The translations under genes were made by a program, and so were the position numbers. 64,000 bases of DNA from the NCBI GenBank assembly GCA_965243395.1, contig CBDEUS010000002.1:32001-96000 (forward strand). Reading direction: 5' to 3'. The notes under the pieces were generated by a model that saw only the letters and a list, made by a program, of their open reading frames with translations, made no database searches and was not told the origin of the DNA. Position 1 is the first letter of the stretch. Each line of letters starts with the position of its first letter. Below are positions 59,648 to 64,000 of this stretch, one piece after another. This DNA comes from Gammaproteobacteria bacterium. GTDB lineage: Bacteria; Pseudomonadota; Gammaproteobacteria; UBA4575.

Positions 59648-61396
59648 ATGCAAGAAGGCAAGATTGCTAAAGATGCAAAAATGGCAAACGTGCTGAAATC
59701 CGTGCGCAGCATTCTTATATATGCCGCAGGGCTAAGCTTTTTTGTCAACTTGCTAATGCTAACCGGTCCACTGTATATGCTACAGATTTACGACCGTGTG
59801 TTATCCAGTCGATCATATGAAACATTGACTGTGCTGACAGGTTTAATCTTAGTTCTATTTGCCGCAATGGCATTGATTGATTTTACGCGAAGTGCATTGC
59901 TTGCACGCGCAGGCACAACATTTGAAAATGACTTGAAATCTATTGCTTTCGACTCCGCAATGGATATCGCACGCACAGGCTCATCAAAAAAAATTAACCA
60001 CAACGCAGTTGAAGAACCATTAAAGGATTTGCGCCAAGTACGTCAATTTATGAGCGGACCAGGATTAACCGCTGTTTTTGATGCGCCTTGGACACCTTTT
60101 TTTATAGGCGTTATTTTTTTAATGCATCCATTATTGGGTTGGGTCGCATTAGCTGGCTTATTCATACTATTAGCACTGGTACTTTTAAATCAAAATTCTA
60201 CTCAGCAAACCAATCTTCATGCACAAACAAAAGTTAATGAAGCTGACAACCTCGCAATTGCTACATTAAAGAATGCTGCTGCAACCGACGCAATGGGAAT
60301 GCGCAGCGCATTAAAAAATCGTTGGCTTACGCTTGGTTCTGATGCATCAAATAGCTCATTAATTTCTAACGACAGAATTAGTGGCTTCACAGCCTCCACT
60401 AAAGCCGTACGTCTTTTTCTGCAGTCTGCAATTCTAGGTACAGGTGCCTATTTGGCCATTCAAGGAATTGTTACACCCGGAGTAATGATCGCAGCATCTA
60501 TCATAGCGGGGCGAGCACTAGCACCTGTAGAGATTGTCACCAGTCAATGGAGAAATTTTGCATTAGCCGGATTCGCATATCAGCGATTGTGTTCTCGTAT
60601 TGGAGATATTAATGAATCACCAGTACGCACTAGTTTGCCTGCACCTACTGGTGCGCTCTCGGTTAATCATTTATTTTGCCAACCACACGGTGCGAAAAAA
60701 CCCATCATAAAAGATGTAAATTTTTCTTTAGAAGCAGGTGAAGTTTTAGGAATAATTGGTCCAACCGCTGCAGGCAAAACAACTTTAGCAAGAGCTTTAG
60801 TAGGAGTTGAAAATGTTACGAGCGGCGAAGTTCGGCTCGATGGTGCAGATATTACACAATGGGACAAGAATGAGTTAGGCACTCACCTTGGGTTTTTACC
60901 ACAAGAAGTAGAACTTTTCAGCGGGACCGCTGCAGCTAACATTGCACGATTTACGGATCAACCTTGCGATAAAGAAATTATTGCCGCCGCCAAAGCTGCA
61001 GGCGCGCACGAGATGATACTAAATTTTGAAAATGGTTATGACACTGAAATTGGCGACCAAGGTAAACATTTATCTGCGGGTCAACGACAACGTTTGGCAT
61101 TAGCGCGAGCACTATTTGGTAACCCAACTTTTGTTGTGCTGGACGAACCTAATGCAAATCTAGATTCTATGGGTGATGCTGCATTAGCAAATGCAATTCA
61201 TGGTTTAAAAATGCGGAAAGCGACTACAATAATTATTGCTCATCGTCCTGCTGCAATTGCAGGTGCAGATAAACTTTTACTATTGTCTGATGGAATGATG
61301 CAATCTTTGGGTACTCGAGACGAAATTTTGCAACAACTTGCGCCAAAAAAAGTTACGCCTTATAGGGGAACAAATAAAGCAGGTGTACAAATATGA
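59648..61396 (+). CDS. Type I secretion ABC permease/ATPase (PrtD/AprD/RsaD type, no C39-like domain)
   Basis: NLLML.GPLYMLQIYDRVL.SRS, DAPW.P, GPTAAGKT, LSAGQRQR, LDEPNANLD. Confidence 0.95.
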   Translation: MQEGKIAKDAKMANVLKSVRSILIYAAGLSFFVNLLMLTGPLYMLQIYDRVLSSRSYETLTVLTGLILVLFAAMALIDFTRSALLARAGTTFENDLKSIAFDSAMDIARTGSSKKINHNAVEEPLKDLRQVRQFMSGPGLTAVFDAPWTPFFIGVIFLMHPLLGWVALAGLFILLALVLLNQNSTQQTNLHAQTKVNEADNLAIATLKNAAATDAMGMRSALKNRWLTLGSDASNSSLISNDRISGFTASTKAVRLFLQSAILGTGAYLAIQGIVTPGVMIAASIIAGRALAPVEIVTSQWRNFALAGFAYQRLCSRIGDINESPVRTSLPAPTGALSVNHLFCQPHGAKKPIIKDVNFSLEAGEVLGIIGPTAAGKTTLARALVGVENVTSGEVRLDGADITQWDKNELGTHLGFLPQEVELFSGTAAANIARFTDQPCDKEIIAAAKAAGAHEMILNFENGYDTEIGDQGKHLSAGQRQRLALARALFGNPTFVVLDEPNANLDSMGDAALANAIHGLKMRKATTIIIAHRPAAIAGADKLLLLSDGMMQSLGTRDEILQQLAPKKVTPYRGTNKAGVQI

Positions 61397-62718
61397 ATTC
61401 TGCTGCTAATACAAACGCTGTACCTAAACCGAAAGGAATTGGTTTTTTTGTTGTCTTTGGATTTAGTGTAGTAGCAAGTGTATTTGGTGGATTATTACTT
61501 TGGTCATTGTTGGCACCCATTGATGGTGCGGTTTTAGCTGTTGGACAAGTTGCGGTAGAAAGTAATCGCAAAGCTGTACAGCATTTAGAAGGTGGTGTTA
61601 TTGGTGAAATTTTTGTGCGAGAAGGAGATGCTGTAATAGCTGGTCAAACGGTTGCGCGTTTGGACGATACTATGCAAAAAGCGAATGTAGCACTCATAGA
61701 TGGTCAATTAAGTGAACATTATGCAAGACGTGCGCGACTTGAAGCCGAACGCGATGGATTGGAAACAATGACTTTACCTAGAGGAAATGAAGCTGTTCTA
61801 AACTTACCTCAATTCAACGAAAAACTTGACGGCCAACAATCTCTTTTTATTGCACGTCGAACAACACGTTTAACTCAGAAAAATTTACTTCAAAAACGCA
61901 TTGATCAACAACAAGAGCGTATCAGTGGTCTTAAAGTTGAAATGAAATCTTTTGAGGAACGTCTTACGCTTTCTCAAAATGAACTTGTTGATATGCGTGA
62001 TTTACATGAAAAAGGTTATGTATCTAACACAAGAATGATGGAGCTTGAACGGGAAGGTAAAAGTCTGGAAGGTGAACGCGGATCATTACGTGCAGATATC
62101 GCTGAAGCACGTGGCATTATTGCTGAAGCGGAACTTGAAATAGAACGATTAGCAGAAACAGTACGTGAAGAAGCAATTGAAGAATTACGTGAAACTGAAG
62201 TATCTATTGCCGAATTAGAAGAACGACGTATCACCGCAATCGAAACATTAACGCGTACGGATATTAAAGCACCTCAATCTGGTCATGTTCTTGGCTTAGC
62301 CGTTCACACAATTGGGGGTGTAATTGGAGCTGGTGATCCTTTAATGGAAATCGTACCAGTAGGAGATCGGCTTCAAGTTACAGCAAGAATAGCGGCACAG
62401 GATGTAGATAAAGTACATTCAGGCCAAGAAACACTATTACGATTTTCGGCATTTGGCTCAACAAATTCGCCTGAAGCTAATGGCAAAGTACGCATCGTAT
62501 CTGCTGATAGTAAAGTTGATGAATTAAGTGGTGAACCCTACTACTTAGTTGAAATTGATATGCCCGAGGCAGAGATTTTAGCAACTGTTCTGGAGGATAA
62601 AACGCTTATTCCCGGTATGCCTGTTGAAGCTTTTATTCGCACCGGATCAAAACCTGCTATTAGTTATTTGTTAAAACCACTGACGGATGCTTTTGCTCGA
62701 TCATTACGAGAAGACTAA
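61393..62718 (+). CDS. HlyD-family T1SS membrane fusion protein (PrtE/AprE type)
   Basis: VQHLEGGVI, coiled-coil, IKAP..G, LIPGMPVEAFIRTG....SYL.KPL...SLRE; ATGA overlap with the ABC gene. Confidence 0.95.
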   Translation: MNSAANTNAVPKPKGIGFFVVFGFSVVASVFGGLLLWSLLAPIDGAVLAVGQVAVESNRKAVQHLEGGVIGEIFVREGDAVIAGQTVARLDDTMQKANVALIDGQLSEHYARRARLEAERDGLETMTLPRGNEAVLNLPQFNEKLDGQQSLFIARRTTRLTQKNLLQKRIDQQQERISGLKVEMKSFEERLTLSQNELVDMRDLHEKGYVSNTRMMELEREGKSLEGERGSLRADIAEARGIIAEAELEIERLAETVREEAIEELRETEVSIAELEERRITAIETLTRTDIKAPQSGHVLGLAVHTIGGVIGAGDPLMEIVPVGDRLQVTARIAAQDVDKVHSGQETLLRFSAFGSTNSPEANGKVRIVSADSKVDELSGEPYYLVEIDMPEAEILATVLEDKTLIPGMPVEAFIRTGSKPAISYLLKPLTDAFARSLRED

Positions 62719-62764
62719 CGTTTCTAAAAGCAATTCTATATTTGACTTTTCAATGGAGGGAAAT

Positions 62765-63046
62765 ATGGCTACTAAAACAAACCCAAAAACTACTAACTCA
62801 GAAAATAAGTTAGATCAATCAACAAACAATAAAGCTGAAGCTATCACAGAAAATCAGCAAAAAAGAATGACCTTAACTCCTGAACAAGTACAGGTTCTAG
62901 TCATGCGTCAACTAAACCAAGTAAACGCAAAAAAAGATGAGTTAACTATTGCAATTAAACAACTTGGTGACCTTGCTACACAATTAAGCAATATCTGTGC
63001 ACAACAAAACAAAGCGCTCGGTCAATTAAAGACAGAAGAAAAATAA
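62765..63046 (+). CDS. Small coiled-coil hypothetical protein
   Basis: GGAGG SD before ATG 62765; heptad-rich C-terminal half. Confidence 0.65.
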   Translation: MATKTNPKTTNSENKLDQSTNNKAEAITENQQKRMTLTPEQVQVLVMRQLNQVNAKKDELTIAIKQLGDLATQLSNICAQQNKALGQLKTEEK

Positions 63047-63342
63047 ATCTGTAGTGACTGATTAAATGATGGCAGGGGACATATGCGAGTAATATACATG
63101 CGCTATTAAATTGTTGCGTATGCGCGCATAGAAAATACCTGTTGGATAGTAATTATCCAATATTCTATTGTGTGTTTTTTAACTATTGTTTTCGTGTGTG
63201 TCTAATAGCTAACCATTATATAAATACCAAACTATCATCCTTGTTGATTTGCGAGTTACATATGCTCCGGCCGACATGATTGCCACAGATTCTAATATAG
63301 AAATTAATAACCATAGATTATCAATGATCATATATAAGTAAT

Positions 63343-64000
63343 CTACACCGAGAGATAACTGCTAATTTTTTCAGTATCTACTTCGTTTTTATTGCCTTCA
63401 TAAATAAATTGGCCACGATCGATCACGGTAATTCGATCTGCTACTTCAAGCGCAAAATGCAAAACCTGCTCTGAGACAATTATAGTAATCTTTCGTAGCC
63501 TGCTAATTTCATTCAAGATTTTTGCGATGTCTTTTATGATTGATGGCTGAATACCTTCTGTTGGCTCATCTAATAAAAGAACCTTGGGGTTTGACACCAG
63601 AGCACGCGCAATGGCTAATTGCTGCTGTTGCCCTCCTGATAGATTGCCGCCCTTACGATTACGCATGTCGTGTAAAACGGGAAACAATGCATAAATTTCA
63701 TCAGGTATTTTCTTTTGCTTAACTGTTTCCATTCCTGTTTGTATGTTCTCAGTAACCGTAAGCGTGGGAAAAATCATTCGTCCTTGAGGAACATAGGCAA
63801 TTCCAGAGTCGACTCTTTTATGCGGAGGGAACTTTGAAATATCCTGTCCATCAAGCTTTATTTGCCCAGTTGTTGTTGGCAAAATTCCAATTAGTGATTT
63901 GAATAAGGTTGTTTTACCCATGCCATTTCGACCCATAATGGCAAGTGTTTCACTATTTGAAGTAGACATGCTCATATCTTTAATCACATTGCTTTGCCCA
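63343..64000 (-). CDS. UrtE/LivF-like ABC ATP-binding protein (urea/amide transporter), 5' end outside the window
   Basis: GRNGMGKTT, AYVPQGRMIF, LSGGQQQQLAIARAL, DEPTEGIQPSIIK; frame open to the window edge. Confidence 0.88.
   Translation of the reverse strand, partial: GQSNVIKDMSMSTSNSETLAIMGRNGMGKTTLFKSLIGILPTTTGQIKLDGQDISKFPPHKRVDSGIAYVPQGRMIFPTLTVTENIQTGMETVKQKKIPDEIYALFPVLHDMRNRKGGNLSGGQQQQLAIARALVSNPKVLLLDEPTEGIQPSIIKDIAKILNEISRLRKITIIVSEQVLHFALEVADRITVIDRGQFIYEGNKNEVDTEKISSYLSV

Overview
AT-rich gammaproteobacterial chromosome segment, probably marine. I found no rRNA, tRNA, CRISPR array or intact transposase. In order it holds: a type IV pilus retraction cluster (pilT, pilU and a second pilU-like gene) divergent from yggS-proC-yggT-metX-metW; HU, TerB and hspQ; a three-gene cluster with an orphan DUF2384 antitoxin-like protein; yrfG and cysQ; an SbtA/P-II (SbtB) bicarbonate module; an RHH / glyoxalase / Tat protein / GMC oxidoreductase cluster; and a CoxMNOP-like A1 heme-copper oxidase operon bracketed by two heme O synthase paralogs. 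Inside that bracket sits a PmoD/AmoD-like + YtkA/FixH-like + di-heme peroxidase trio, the best candidate here for an undescribed copper-delivery system. After it come a persulfide dioxygenase paired with an encapsulin-type ferritin lacking a targeting peptide, ppnN, alkB, nhaA/nhaR with divergent HPF-like and SufU-like genes, a compact Chp-like chemosensory operon followed by a Ser/Thr kinase, a 4462-aa repetitive adhesin (malectin domains nested inside DUF11 domains) divergent from a PrtDE-type T1SS, and a truncated UrtE-like ATPase. All family calls come from motif recognition by eye; no database searches were run.
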